Below, piece after piece: positions 43,001 through 54,379 of a stretch of DNA of 64,000 bases (positions are counted from its first letter, which is position 1; every line of letters starts with the position of its first letter). The notes below the pieces were generated by a model that was given only the letters and a program-made list of their open reading frames with translations, was not told where the DNA came from and made no database searches. Source of the stretch: Trichoplax adhaerens (lineage: Eukaryota; Animalia; Placozoa); the NCBI RefSeq assembly GCF_000150275.1, contig NW_002060949.1:271861-335860 (forward strand), written 5' to 3'. The position numbers were made by a program, and so were the translations under genes.

Positions 43001-44282
43001 GTTATTCCGTTTATTTCATGTTTGCTTAGACCTGGAAGCATTAAAGTAGAACTGACTATAGTTACTCGAAGTAATGCGTCAATTTCTGTAACAAAGTTAT
43101 TAAACACTTTAAGGAAACTACCAAACTTGGGGAGCTATGCAGTCATTGGTGTAATTACACCAGGTATTATGAAATATTATAGTTTATGTTTTTTTAACGT
43201 AAAAATAATGGTAGGTAATACTCGTGTAAAAATACGAAACTTGCTAATACATTGATATGGTAGGTTTAAGCGATCAATATTTAGGCAAAACTTGCAGTTT
43301 AATAGGGAATTTTATACTATAAAATTGCAAGTCTAATGAATATACTATCAGCTATATAATGATCGCTTACGGTGAAGTTGTTTATTATTTGTGGAAGTAA
43401 CTTTATGAAATGTTCTAGTAAGTTCCACATATTCTAAAAGTGTTAAGACAGTAATGACTACTTTAAACGAATAGCTAAATTTTAATACGAGAATAAATGT
43501 GATATTAATTGACCTCTAGTAATCAGTAAAGTTCTGAAATCGTAACTAAATAGCATACATCATATATGAAAGTAACCATCAAAGTAATATATAGAATATG
43601 TGCCAATATGATTTATATAGAAATAAAGTTTATTGAAATAGTCTCGATTTGATTATAGTAAAATAGTATTCAATTAAAGAGCTTTTCTTAAGTGAAGACC
43701 ATGTTACCTATTTTAGGGGATGACACAACAATCTTAGGGTGGATTGTAGGACCTATCGTGCTATTTTGTATTACATTTTTAGGGATTTATTTATACAAGA
43801 AAAAAGGAAGGTATTTAAGACTTTGCATTACTATTGGGATAAGTGTTGTTCATATTTAAAATAGATTCAGGTTACAGATCGTTTCCTATGATCACAGTTT
43901 TACGTTAAATCGAGTCATCTATTTTATTTGAAGATATCAAGGAGTAAATTATTTCGATTTTTGAAACAAATGCACAATTGTAAAGTTTGATTATCGCATG
44001 GTCGCATCTGCGCAACATTGCGACCGCTTACTTTCTAGCGAAATTATTCACATATGAACAACTTTCTCACTACTAGATCCTTGCGTCATGCGGTGAATGA
44101 AAATGATAAAATGCAAATCTTAAATGATGAAAATAACGATACCCTTATCATGCAAGAATTTGGTAGGCAAAGCAATTTAAGCTCTAATTATTGATTCTAA
44201 CTATACAACGGGTTAGCTTTTACAGCTTGCTGAAGTTGGTTGTAAAATGTATGCTCTGAATACTTTAGGTCACTCAGGCTGA
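22014..44282 (+). CDS. Giant EGF/SRCR scavenger-receptor-like type-I membrane protein (~27 EGF, 15 SRCR, I-set Ig, cbEGF, SEA, TM, short tail; ~3,000 aa)
   Basis: Phase-1 EGF exons starting ~22903, 23131, 24168, 25336, 25598, 26341, 27781 (x2), 28609, 29515, 30179, 30419, 32002, 33300, 33558, 34555, 35419, 35791, 37031, 38077, 39381, 39586, 40824, 41656, 41957. SRCR exons (GRLEIFH..WG.VCDD..A.VACRQLG..C.G.E..L..C) at 25895, 26850, 28108, 28971, 29739, 30764, 32250, 33791+34176, 34855, 36067+36432, 37239-37979 (SRCR-EGF-SRCR), 38399-39181 (SRCR-EGF-SRCR) and ~39837. Ig ~41144-41464; SEA 42595-42701/42855-42922/43030-43163 (RPGSIKV); TM 43717-43810 (ILGWIVGPIVLFCITFLGIYLY-KKKGR); tail 44077-44162 + 44269-44282. 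The start (22014) and the last exon are tentative. Confidence 0.85.
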
Positions 44283-44983
44283 AAAATTTGAGAAATAAGA
44301 GAATTTTGAAAGTTATCAAGTTGGCTTGATCTTGAAAATATATCTAGCGTAACATACGCGTATATCAAGTAGATTATTAAGTGAGGGTCGTTATATTACT
44401 ATTAACTGTTAATAATTATTTTCAATACAATTGACTAGGTATCTTAAAAATCCTCAATGTCATTACGATTGAAATTATTGGCTCTATTTCTACTCACTTA
44501 ATTGCCAAATACAAGTACACTGTTTTTACACATTGCAGTTCGTTAAATGTTTCCTTTGCGATGATTTTATGCAGTACGAATTTCTTAAGTAATCTATTAA
44601 ATGTATTTCAGTAATTCTGAAGGGCTATCAAACAATGAATTGTTTATATATGCAGTATTTAGTATCGTACATTTTCGGATAGCTTTATTTACATTAAGAT
44701 GGTGATACACAAAGACAAATTCTGTTGTATTAATGAATCCTTTTACACATCTCCTACATAGTAATTTTAATGGCTGACAAAAACAAAATATTATTTTTTG
44801 TAGGTTTTAAGGGTTCAACTATAATAATTAATAGATTACATTTACAGAATCAGCACTCCATCGTAAAGTACCATGTCTTTTAAAACCGTTTTCAAGTTAC
44901 GTAGATTTTTAGCCCTATTTGCATCGCTAGCGCAACTTGATGAGGTATAAAAAAAAGTTCTTTCATGCTCCTTTAGCAATTGC

Positions 44984-47900
44984 TTATCTGTCACTTCCAC
45001 GAGGCTTCCTATTATAGGTGTAACTTTTACTTTTGCGATATGTGTCAAAGGCGTCATTAAGGGAAACACCAACACCCTAAAATAAAACCAATTCTAATGT
45101 TTAGTAATGGAAGAGTATATTGATGCTAATAACTTGAATTTTATATAAATCACCTTGTACTGATCAACTTTGTCTCTGACTTCGCCTTCTTTAATTGGTT
45201 CATGAATACCTTGTTCCTTTGCTCCCAGTCCAGAACCGCCCCATCCTGAGCCATATCATAATTATATGGCATATTTTATCCACTTTTAGTAGTTATTTAG
45301 TCAATTAGCATAAAATTTTAAAACTGACCCATTTTTCGTAATAGTTGATGACCAACATTATCTTCGTTTATAAAATCTTCTCGCCTTGTAGATTGAAAAG
45401 GGACAAATGGTGGCGTAATACTTCTTCTTTCTCGATCGCGAGGAGATCGCTTTGGAGAGTATGATCGCGATCTAATTTATGTATGTATTGAACATAATTA
45501 AATTAAGTAATCGTAACTGTAGCAACCCAGTAAATTGCAATTAACGCTATTTACGCACCTTGATCGGCGAGGAGAGGAAGAACGCGAACGTGATCTTCGC
45601 CTAATATAGATATTAACAACTTCGTGATTAAATCTTGTAACTATTCATAAGTAGAACAGATTAGAACTACTTGCCTGTCCGATCTTGGCGATCTAGATTC
45701 TGATCTAGAGTGGCGCCTAAATACGGTGATACATTTTTATTAGTTTTGTTATCTGCAACAAAGTAGGCGTATATCGTACTCCCGAGTATCAGTTTATGTA
45801 GACTTTTTACCGGCGTCTACGTCTTCTTGGAGATCTCGATCTTGATCTAGATCGCGATCTTGAATAAGACCTGAAAAGATGTATTTCAAACTTTAGCTAA
45901 TAAAATTACATGAGTAAATTCTTTATTGGGTATCACCTTCTTTTATCTCTTGTGAGTTTACTTCTTTTTGGTAAAGTTTTCGTAAAGGCTAAAACAGCTT
46001 CAATATTCCATCCTTCACTGATAGGGGGATAACAATGAAGATGTAGATCAACTGTCGAAAAGTTATACTATTACGCTAAAGTTACCTGTCTAAGTTGCCT
46101 TCTTTTGTTTCGAAACTGTAAAAGGTATCTAAAGCTTGCAATAATTCTTCATCAGGGGGTTGTGGAAGAGGTAGCTTAACCTCACCTGGTTCTAGAGATT
46201 TATATTCAGTGCTACAGGTCTAAGATATGAAACAGTAGATAAATATTTTGTATGCTTAATGAAAACACCGTAGCGAACAGAAAATTAATTACTGTACAGG
46301 CAAAAAGTTTTATTTTTATTTTACCTTGGTTAGAGGGACAATTAAGCCAGCGGGTAGGTCATAATATTTAGCTTGCATTTGGTTCGCGTCCGGAGTTGTT
46401 ACAGACATCCCTAACGGCGGTGGTGGTATCTGACCGGAAGAAGGTGGCATTGATGAGCTAGGGTTGTGTGCTATAAAATTGGGTGGGGGCTGAAGATGAG
46501 ACATTGGTCGGTTAAGCGAAACATTAGGCGGATTTGCCAAAGATTGAGGAAAAGTTGCATGGCTAGGAAACTGTATGCATATAAAAACTTTTGTAAGGTT
46601 TTTGATTCTTACATACGTACTGAGACATGTCTAAGACGGTAATTACCTGATTCCCTACTGCGTTTGGCTGTTGGCTGGGAATTAAGGGCGGTACCATATT
46701 GGGAACGCTGTAGCCTTATAAGTGAAAGAAGATACATTCAGATCTTACTCACCACCTTCCTAATAACAATACGCGTATGTACCTGCGGAATCAACATGCT
46801 GCATTTTAGGTGTCCCCTAAACATTAAAATTTGGATTTCAGGAGAATAGGCGAGAGAATAATATATGTATGAGTACAAGGCGCTTACTTGTTGGTAAGCA
46901 CTGTTGTGGCGTACTTGCTGCAAAAAATAAAGAATTCATAATCACATTAATCGCGAATGATTTCCACTGTGATCCTATTGATGTTTCCTGAACTTTTAAA
47001 AGCTACGGTATCGAATATTGTGTTATTGTACATAATTAGAAAACCTACGTCGAAAAGTTGCGGGCTGAAATATTTATTAGATTCCCATAATCCTAGGACC
47101 TAAAAATAATGGTTGAAAATACTGAGGTATTCCGTATGCCCACGTGGTTTCGACGGCAACTGGCTTTTACCTTATCGAGTTTTTGCTTATGATCAGCAGA
47201 TTCGCATGATTTGAAAGCAGCGTCGAATATCGGAGGAATTACATGTTCTAATGCCTATTATAGACGGTAATAAATATAAATATTATTACAATTAATAAAT
47301 GGTCATAATTCTTTAACATCTATAATATTTAAATACATTGGACGACGGACCCGTAATAAGTCATTTGCGTTTTTCCGGATGCTGCCAGTGAAATTATAAA
47401 TATAGCAGGCCAACGAAGCATTTATTTAAAATAATTTAAAATGAAGCTTAGATAAAATAATTAAGTGAATGTTCAGAGTCACCTACCAGTGATGAAGACA
47501 ATCGTTTATAAGATAAATCAGATTCAGTCTATATATGAACGGTACTCCGGAAGCAACAGCTCTGAAATAATTTGGAATGTAATTTCATCAATAGTTTCAA
47601 TTATAAAGTAAATTAATCGTGACATAACACTTAACCTATTGAATATTAGATGAGCTATTTGTTGGCAATCCTCAATGGTCATCGTATGATCAAATATCCA
47701 ATTCTTTCCGTTAGATACCGAATCTTTAGAACATGTTTCTATCACAGGTTTGAGAATGTCATTAAATTCATTAGCATCGATTCCCATGCGATGCATAGGA
47801 GGAGCTACTTGCATCAACATTCCTGGAGGCTGCTGCACTGGTGGAAATGAGACTGACTGATGTGATGGGGCATGTGGTATAGGGTTTTGCTGACGCCAAG

Positions 47901-49390
47901 GAGCTGTTTGGATTGATGGATGAACATTTGACTGCAACGGCGGAGGAACGTTATGCCTTACAACAGGCGGCATTTGCTGAAGAGATTGTGCTTTCATATC
48001 TGTAGTCAAGAAACTACACTTTAGAATCTACTTAATAGTGATACATTGGTGATTACATTATCTAAAGAAATGATTGCTAGTGTACATTGAGGTAGCATAT
48101 TTACTTACTTGCTCTTTCTTCTGCTACACATCGGTTATAAAAGTCATGTTGTGGTCCACCAAATAAGAATGAGAATTTCGGGTTGCCTCTTTGCTTGTTT
48201 TTCGTCATTTCTTCAAACTCAGGGCCATTTCTAGCTACAAAGTTAGCTAGTTTTATTATGATGTTCCGCTGTTCAGGGTCGATAGACTCTGTAAAATTAA
48301 TGATCATATTTCATTTTGATGACCGTTTTTATCTATTGATCTACTTAATAATCATCTCAGGTGAGGGAAGAGTAAATAGTTTTGCTGGTGTAACGATTGT
48401 GCTGAAATTATCATTAGGTAATTTAAGCATTCAATGCTTGTACGTCGAATGCACACTTGTACAGTATGATTGAAGCGAGTAGCTTCTGTCACATAGCAAT
48501 GCTTAGCAGTTCCACAAACTATCGTGAACCAGCGCTTAGAAATACCTATACTTGGAATACTTAGGAATGGAACTGTTCCGATTTCTTCGCAAAATAACGA
48601 GCTTTTCGTTACTATTGTAGAACCTTATCCGGTTATATTTTTAGATTATCATACTCGCTATTATGGTATACTGTAGTTATTAGGGAAGTATCTGGATTGT
48701 GCTGCAATTATTGTGATGTTATAATACAAGTTAACAATAAATTAATTTGATTGGCAATGGGTTAAACCACGCCACCGTTAACATTACTGTTGCTAGATAC
48801 TTCACTCCAGGTGAAACGATTTATTAACACAAGTTTAGCTTAGCATGCGTTCCATCGCCATAGAAGCTTGTATATGCAACGACTATTTATTTAGACGGAA
48901 TACAGATTTAGCGAGTTTATTACAAAATGTAGGATTTTAATCAATATTTTAACAAATGGATAGTTATGTCCTTGGCTGTAATATTAACCGCGCTTAATAG
49001 CTTATACACAGTATGATGAAGAAGATATAGAAGAAAGTGATCGTAGAGGGTTGTATGTACAGTATACGCATATACTGTATATACTCTCGAGTCAATCTAG
49101 TGGATTCGAGTGGTGGTGCGAAGCATATTATACTGTGCTGTAAATGTACTGTAAACCATGCAGTACTACATATTCGTGTGCTGCAAATGTACCATAAAGT
49201 GAAATCACATTGGGGGTAAACAGATATAATCAGCCTGGGTTGAAGCGTGGGATTAGGGTGAGAAGAAAATTAAATAAAAATTTTTAACGATACTTCCTTT
49301 ACGAGGTATTACGGTGTAATTCTTGTGCTATCAAATTGAATTAATCAAAGCTTTCTTACTTTCAGCCATTGCGGACGACATTCTCGGCAT
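44984..49390 (-). CDS. CHERP: Calcium homeostasis endoplasmic reticulum protein (SURP-CID-RS-G-patch splicing factor)
   Basis: SURP domain RNIIIKLANFVARNGPEFEEMTKNKQRGNPKFSFLFGG (~48106-48289); CID (ILKPVIETCSKDSVSNGKNWI...LIYLINDCLHHC); YYDLPAGLIVPL motif (~46330-46370); RS-repeat mini-exons 45330-45870; G-patch NVGHQLLRKMGWGGSGLGAKEQGIHEPI; C-terminus YKGVGVSLNDAFDTYRKSKSY...* ending at 44984. Candidate first exon 49360-49390 (phase 1). Confidence 0.93.
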
Positions 49391-49477
49391 TTAGACGTAC
49401 TGTACGCTGTGTTGCACACCAATAACAGCGTAGCTTGTAGAATTGTCCGGCGCTTGAGACGGTTGTTACTATACACT

Positions 49478-49805
49478 TGTACAGTACAGTAAAAAAAGCA
49501 CTTTGTAAGGTACAGTACTGTACAGTACTGTACAGTACAGTACAGTATGAGGGAACTAGTGGGGCCTACTGTACAGTACTGTACAGTATGTACTGTACAG
49601 TATTTTTATTAGACTACAGTACTGTACTGTACTGTACACTGTATAGTACTGTAGTGTACAGTACAGTACTTAACCTTTAAGAGAGAATTTTCTGGAGATC
49701 TGTCCATGATTATGGATCTACAGTAGTACTGTACAGTGTACTGTACTGTATACTGTACATTGTACTGTACATTGTACTGTACATTGTACAGTACAATACA
49801 GTACA
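49478..49805. repeat. Palindromic TACAG/TACTG pentamer simple-repeat array
   Basis: Examples: tacagtactgtacagtactgtacagtacagtacagta from 49511 and (TACTGTACATTG)x3 at ~49751-49786. Lies just upstream of the CHERP candidate start codon. Confidence 0.9.
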
Positions 49806-50819
49806 AGGTATCATCCTTGCTTGTTTCCACATCAACAATGTAGAGAGATTGTGATATTTCTCCTTTTTCATTGTCGCCGATGATTATAATCTAATCTATT
49901 ATACAGTACAGTATATTCTATTTCTTGTTTGTGCGTGACATGTACTTTTCAATTAGTAAAAAGTACATATGTTAAACAGAGTACTGCATGACTGTACGCA
50001 AGAAGTCCTCCATGACTGAAGGCGCTGTATGAAGCCCCTGTCTGAGGCTCTGAGCCATAACAGATATTTTTTTTTGGCTATATGGTTCTGAGCACTGAGT
50101 AGATCTGACTTGGAGCAACGAAATAACGTGCTCTTACTATGTACACGTATACGTATTGGTACAATACAGTACATACTGTTTTATGCCTCTCATTGAAATT
50201 TTATGAGAAAATTGCTGTTTTCGTAATTCATTGCCTGGAGCTGTAAAGGCCAAGGGTATTTATTTGTATTACCCGCGTAGTGTAAACTAAAAGGACTGAA
50301 AGGACTCTTTCTCAGTTTACAGTACAGTAAAGTATTTGCAATGCATTTGCACCACGTTAAATTTCCTGTTGTACATTACAGTACAGTACAATATATATTT
50401 TCAGTAATGACAACATATGCAACAGGAAGTGTCAGAATAGAGCCTCAACACTGAATGAATAGGCGTACTAAAGAATATTACTAATTTACAGTATGAAGCG
50501 CAGCTGTTGTAACAGTTGTACTGGCTGTTACTTCTTTAGGGATTGTTCTTTACTTCACTCACACGACATAACATAAAGCTGTGCGACGTTTTACCGTATT
50601 TGATTTTATCATAATTTATGATTACTAGTCGATCCCTAGTACGTAGTTGTAACTTTTACTTTTTACATGTTATTAAGGTCAATGCATAATTTTACTTGAT
50701 ACAGTACTGTATAAATTTGATGACTTCCTTTGTTTGACGTAGATCAATTTTTGTCGACTTTGCGAATATAAAGGTCTAGTACAATCACCCGTCGTGTTGC
50801 TGACGTATTACTATGCGTA

Positions 50820-51455
50820 CTAGACTGTACTGTACAGTACAGTATACAATATACTGATATGCAAAAATGACACGTGTGTATTAGTCTCCGACATTTGGTA
50901 ATTATATTGTACAGTATTGTATTATATTATAATATAATATAATATTTAATATTTTACTACCTATTTATTATACATAACATATATACTGTAGTGTGTGGTA
51001 ACTGTACTGTACAGTATTAATGAGTGAGTGAACAAACACAAATTCAGTTCGAAAGCCTCAGCAGTCAACCCTCAGGCTTTCAGCCATAGGGTGAAATGGC
51101 TTTGCGTATTAGCCTCTATACCTTCATTTGTGCACTGAAAGATATTAAAGAGAATCTTTTGTCCTTTATTTCATCAAGGATGAAGCAGTCGTCCGCCCTT
51201 ACGGCAGGCATGTGGCACTTTTGTCAGGCTTCCTGATATGTCGCGTTTGTCACGTTGTCACAAACTACAGTGTACGGTGCAGTATGTATGAACAGTACAG
51301 TACGTCCGGTTCCAAATTGATCAGCCCGATTTTGCGTACTGTACCGTACAGTACAGTACAGTACTTGCTAGTTTTACTACAGTACTAGCTACAGTACATG
51401 TACTGTAGCACATTACATTTTATAGTACCGTTCAGTACTGTACAGGCTGTACACT
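50820..51455. repeat. Clusters of the same TACAG/TACTG palindromic repeat
   Basis: actgtactgtacagtacagta (~50825), actgtactgtacagta (51001), gtactgtaccgtacagtacagtacagtac (~51336-51364), cagtactgtacagg (~51433). Confidence 0.75.
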
Positions 51456-52496
51456 GAAGGGACTCCTCTTATTACTGTAGATTTGTGAATTGTGTGTTAA
51501 ATTTGCAAGTCCTTAATTAAAGTACTGTTAGTCTGTTACTGATTCATAAATAAATAACAAAATATCGCATTTTTCATTTACATTTTGTAACCGTAGAGTA
51601 TACCGTACTCTGGAACACTAGTAATAATTCTGCTTAACAATACTGTTCCGATGTTGATGGGAGGCTCTTTTTAAAGAACGGTTATATCGGATACGTCGAC
51701 ATATTCATCCGAACTTGCAAAGCTACTAGGTAAATTTGTATTTGTTAATAATTATAACTAATAATTAATTATAATGCACTAAAGGCTTGCTATGCTGATT
51801 TGATTTGATGTTACTTTCTGTAAGTTCACTGCTGCCTGCTGATCTACAGCAGGTACAGCATTGCAATTTACTTGCTTACAATTGCATATTGTCTCATGCC
51901 GTAGATTGGAATGGGCTATGGTAGATCACCGCTATTAATTAATCTTGATATGATATGATTAAAATTATTAAAATTACAACTACAATTACAGTAACGTACT
52001 TTAGATGTTATTATATATGTGTATGTGATAAAATGCGATCACGAAGATTCCAAAGTTCTAATTTTCTACAACTTTGGAATTTTCGTGATCGGATTTCATC
52101 ACAGCGTAGTACATACAGTATTAAAAGAATACAATCAATAGAGCATCTCGGTTTCACCTTTGCTGATACAAGTAAAATTACACTGTGCGCAGACAGTCGA
52201 ACACTGAAATCTGATAAGAAACCCTGGAACCATTTAGCTGCCGTACATTTATGTACTTTTCGAGGATTGATGATATAATGTAAAAAGAAAATATACTTAA
52301 AGGGGTGTATACAGAACCTGAGTATGCAGTTAGTATTTTTCGTGCTTGTACTGTACTAACATTTTCATATTGATCTAAAATTTCATATTAAATCCAATCC
52401 TGCATTGCATTCAACTCAACCTGACCTAACTTTGATTCTGACCTATCTGTAGTAAATTTGGAGTAAAAAAGTTTTGTGCATATATATATGTACGCG

Positions 52497-52793
52497 TATG
52501 TTAAGTCAAGTTTACTGAGCTGATTATTTCATAAAGTAAACCAGGTCAGCTTGGTCATTTTATAAAATGACCATTAACTTGATTACTTTATGAAGTAACT
52601 AAGAAGGTTTGTAAAATTACCTTTGAAATGTTATGTCTTAAATTAACGATTAACTTCGTAGTAACTTATTATAAAAATTGCCATGGTTCAAGGCGACCTG
52701 GTTTACTCTATAAAATAAGCAATGATTTGATGGCTTTATAAACGAGATCATTACTTTGTAAAATGATAGGCTCGGTAAACTTGACCTAGCGTA
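52497..52793. mobile_element. Foldback/MITE-like non-autonomous element with ~43-bp imperfect terminal inverted repeats and nested internal inverted repeats
   Basis: Left end TATGTTAAGTCAAGTTTACTGAGCTGATTATTTCATAAAGTAA matches the reverse complement of the right end, TACGCTAGGTCAAGTTTACCGAGCCTATCATTTTACAAAGTAA. Inner IR AAGTAAACCAGGTC / GACCTGGTTTACTC; perfect 20-bp palindrome GGTCATTTTATAAAATGACC at 52553-52572; TA at both ends. Confidence 0.55.
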
Positions 52794-54379
52794 TTAACTG
52801 CAATACAATACTGCGCTTTAACAGTTTTTGTTTTACGCAGGGCAATGTACAGTATTTGATTTTACTTTATAATACCAGTACAGTACTCATTTAATTGATT
52901 TGCGATCAGCCAGTCGCTTCTTTTGAATTTACTAACAGTAAGACACTAAGACTGTATGTAATTGTTTATTAAAAATATTTAAAATACCGCATATAAATGC
53001 TGTTGTCTTGTCATGTTGCATTCTAGTGATATACAGTATAACAACTGACATACTGTACTGTACAGTATGCGGTGTAGTAAGGTGCCATTTTTGCGCTTCA
53101 GTTTCAATGTTTGGCCTAAAATAAGCGGCTTGAGCAGTGATATGCGTAACAGCAATACCAAATTACCGCAGATACTGTATATATTTCTAGCTCATATTAC
53201 AGTACTGCATATACACACAAATGTGTATTTATTAATTTCTGATAATCCTGTGAATTACGCGTAACTTATTTATCATGTATGCTGTCAGTGTCAAGGAGCG
53301 CTGTTTCAAGAATTACTAGATGCACGGTACCAGTGTTGTACAGTGTACACTAAGTGACTAAGTGGAGCATTAAGCTTTTTAATATGGTATCGATTCAGGG
53401 TAATACAAATTTTACTTTTTGTGAGCATGTGATACTAAGCAATAGTGACATCTATTGCATTAATCTTGCGATATTTATAAGATAAACTCCATGTCACTTA
53501 ATAATATGGATTTTATTTTAAGTGTTAAGAACCTGCTATGACAGTCAGATGCTGCTTATAGAGTTAGTTGCATATTCAAATAATATTATTTTATTATTGA
53601 AGTATTTTAAAAATTTCGCCAAAGTTGTGGAAGGGCTTTGAATAGAAACTTACTATCAGTAAATTTTACTGTAATTAATCTCATTTAGTTACCGAATCAC
53701 GTAATCGTCCTTTCGTGTCGCCAATGTATCCAAAGGGCAACACTTGATATTCTATTTGCCTAGTGAGACGATAAAAATCATATTCCTTACGGTGATCTTA
53801 TCTTAGCATGTGTTTACAGCTTCAGGAATGTACTATAGGATGATTTTTGATGGGAACATAATACGATTCTGTCATAGCGTAAGTAAAACGTCTTGCTTGG
53901 GTGATGCATCTTTTACAAATTAAACTTAAAGGTAGATACTCGTATTTATCAGTCAATAATTCTGGTAAATTTTTGATATCATACATGTATTTTCTGCACT
54001 GCAGCACTCTGAGTGATCTATAAAACGACAAGTGGTAAGCTTCATGAATGCAAAAGTGCTGACATTACAGTACAAAAATTAAACTGTTGTATGTACTCAA
54101 TTATTGCTAGAATGAATTTAATTATGTTTATTCATCGATTAATACGTAACTTTTCGTACAGGTAATTTCTTAACTTATTTAAGGTAAAATTTTCTGTCAT
54201 TATTAACTAGATTGCAACAGAACGTCGCATACATTTTCCATCGGTGGACGGAATGAATTATTTTGCATGACGTTGAAATCTATGTTGTGCAGTTCTATGT
54301 ATACAAACTGTATGGCACGGTATGCGATGTTTCTACAGTGGATGGGCAATTGATCAGGTGCAACGTAAGCAGCGTGATA

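Larger units (their letters stand above)
49391..54379. promoter_or_regulatory. Divergent intergenic/5'-UTR region between CHERP (-) and the GT14 gene (+)
   Basis: Head-to-head orientation. An exon-like non-coding segment with ag|...|gtaaat borders at ~51597-51729 could be a 5'-UTR exon of the GT14 gene. Confidence 0.35.

Noticed and set aside
2261-48473. Numerous short antisense or shifted-frame ORFs in the track (e.g. 2771-2953, 16137-16343, 24080-24307, 37408-37665, 48183-48473)
   Set aside because: They are shadows of real exons on the opposite strand or in another frame.
49477-49830. ORFs rich in YSTV/VQY repeats
   Set aside because: These are translations of the TACAG/TACTG simple repeat, not credible proteins.
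50020-50320. RNase MRP RNA on the minus strand (GGGGCTTCAT resembles CR-V)
   Set aside because: No proper GAAAGTCCCC CR-I partner, and the intervening sequence is AT-rich simple repeat.
51051-51110. Hammerhead ribozyme (GAAA next to two hairpins)
   Set aside because: No CUGANGA core on either strand.
54263-54379. N-terminal extension of the GT14 ORF in the ORF track
   Set aside because: It starts at TTG; the first ATG at 54380 directly precedes the type-II anchor, as expected.
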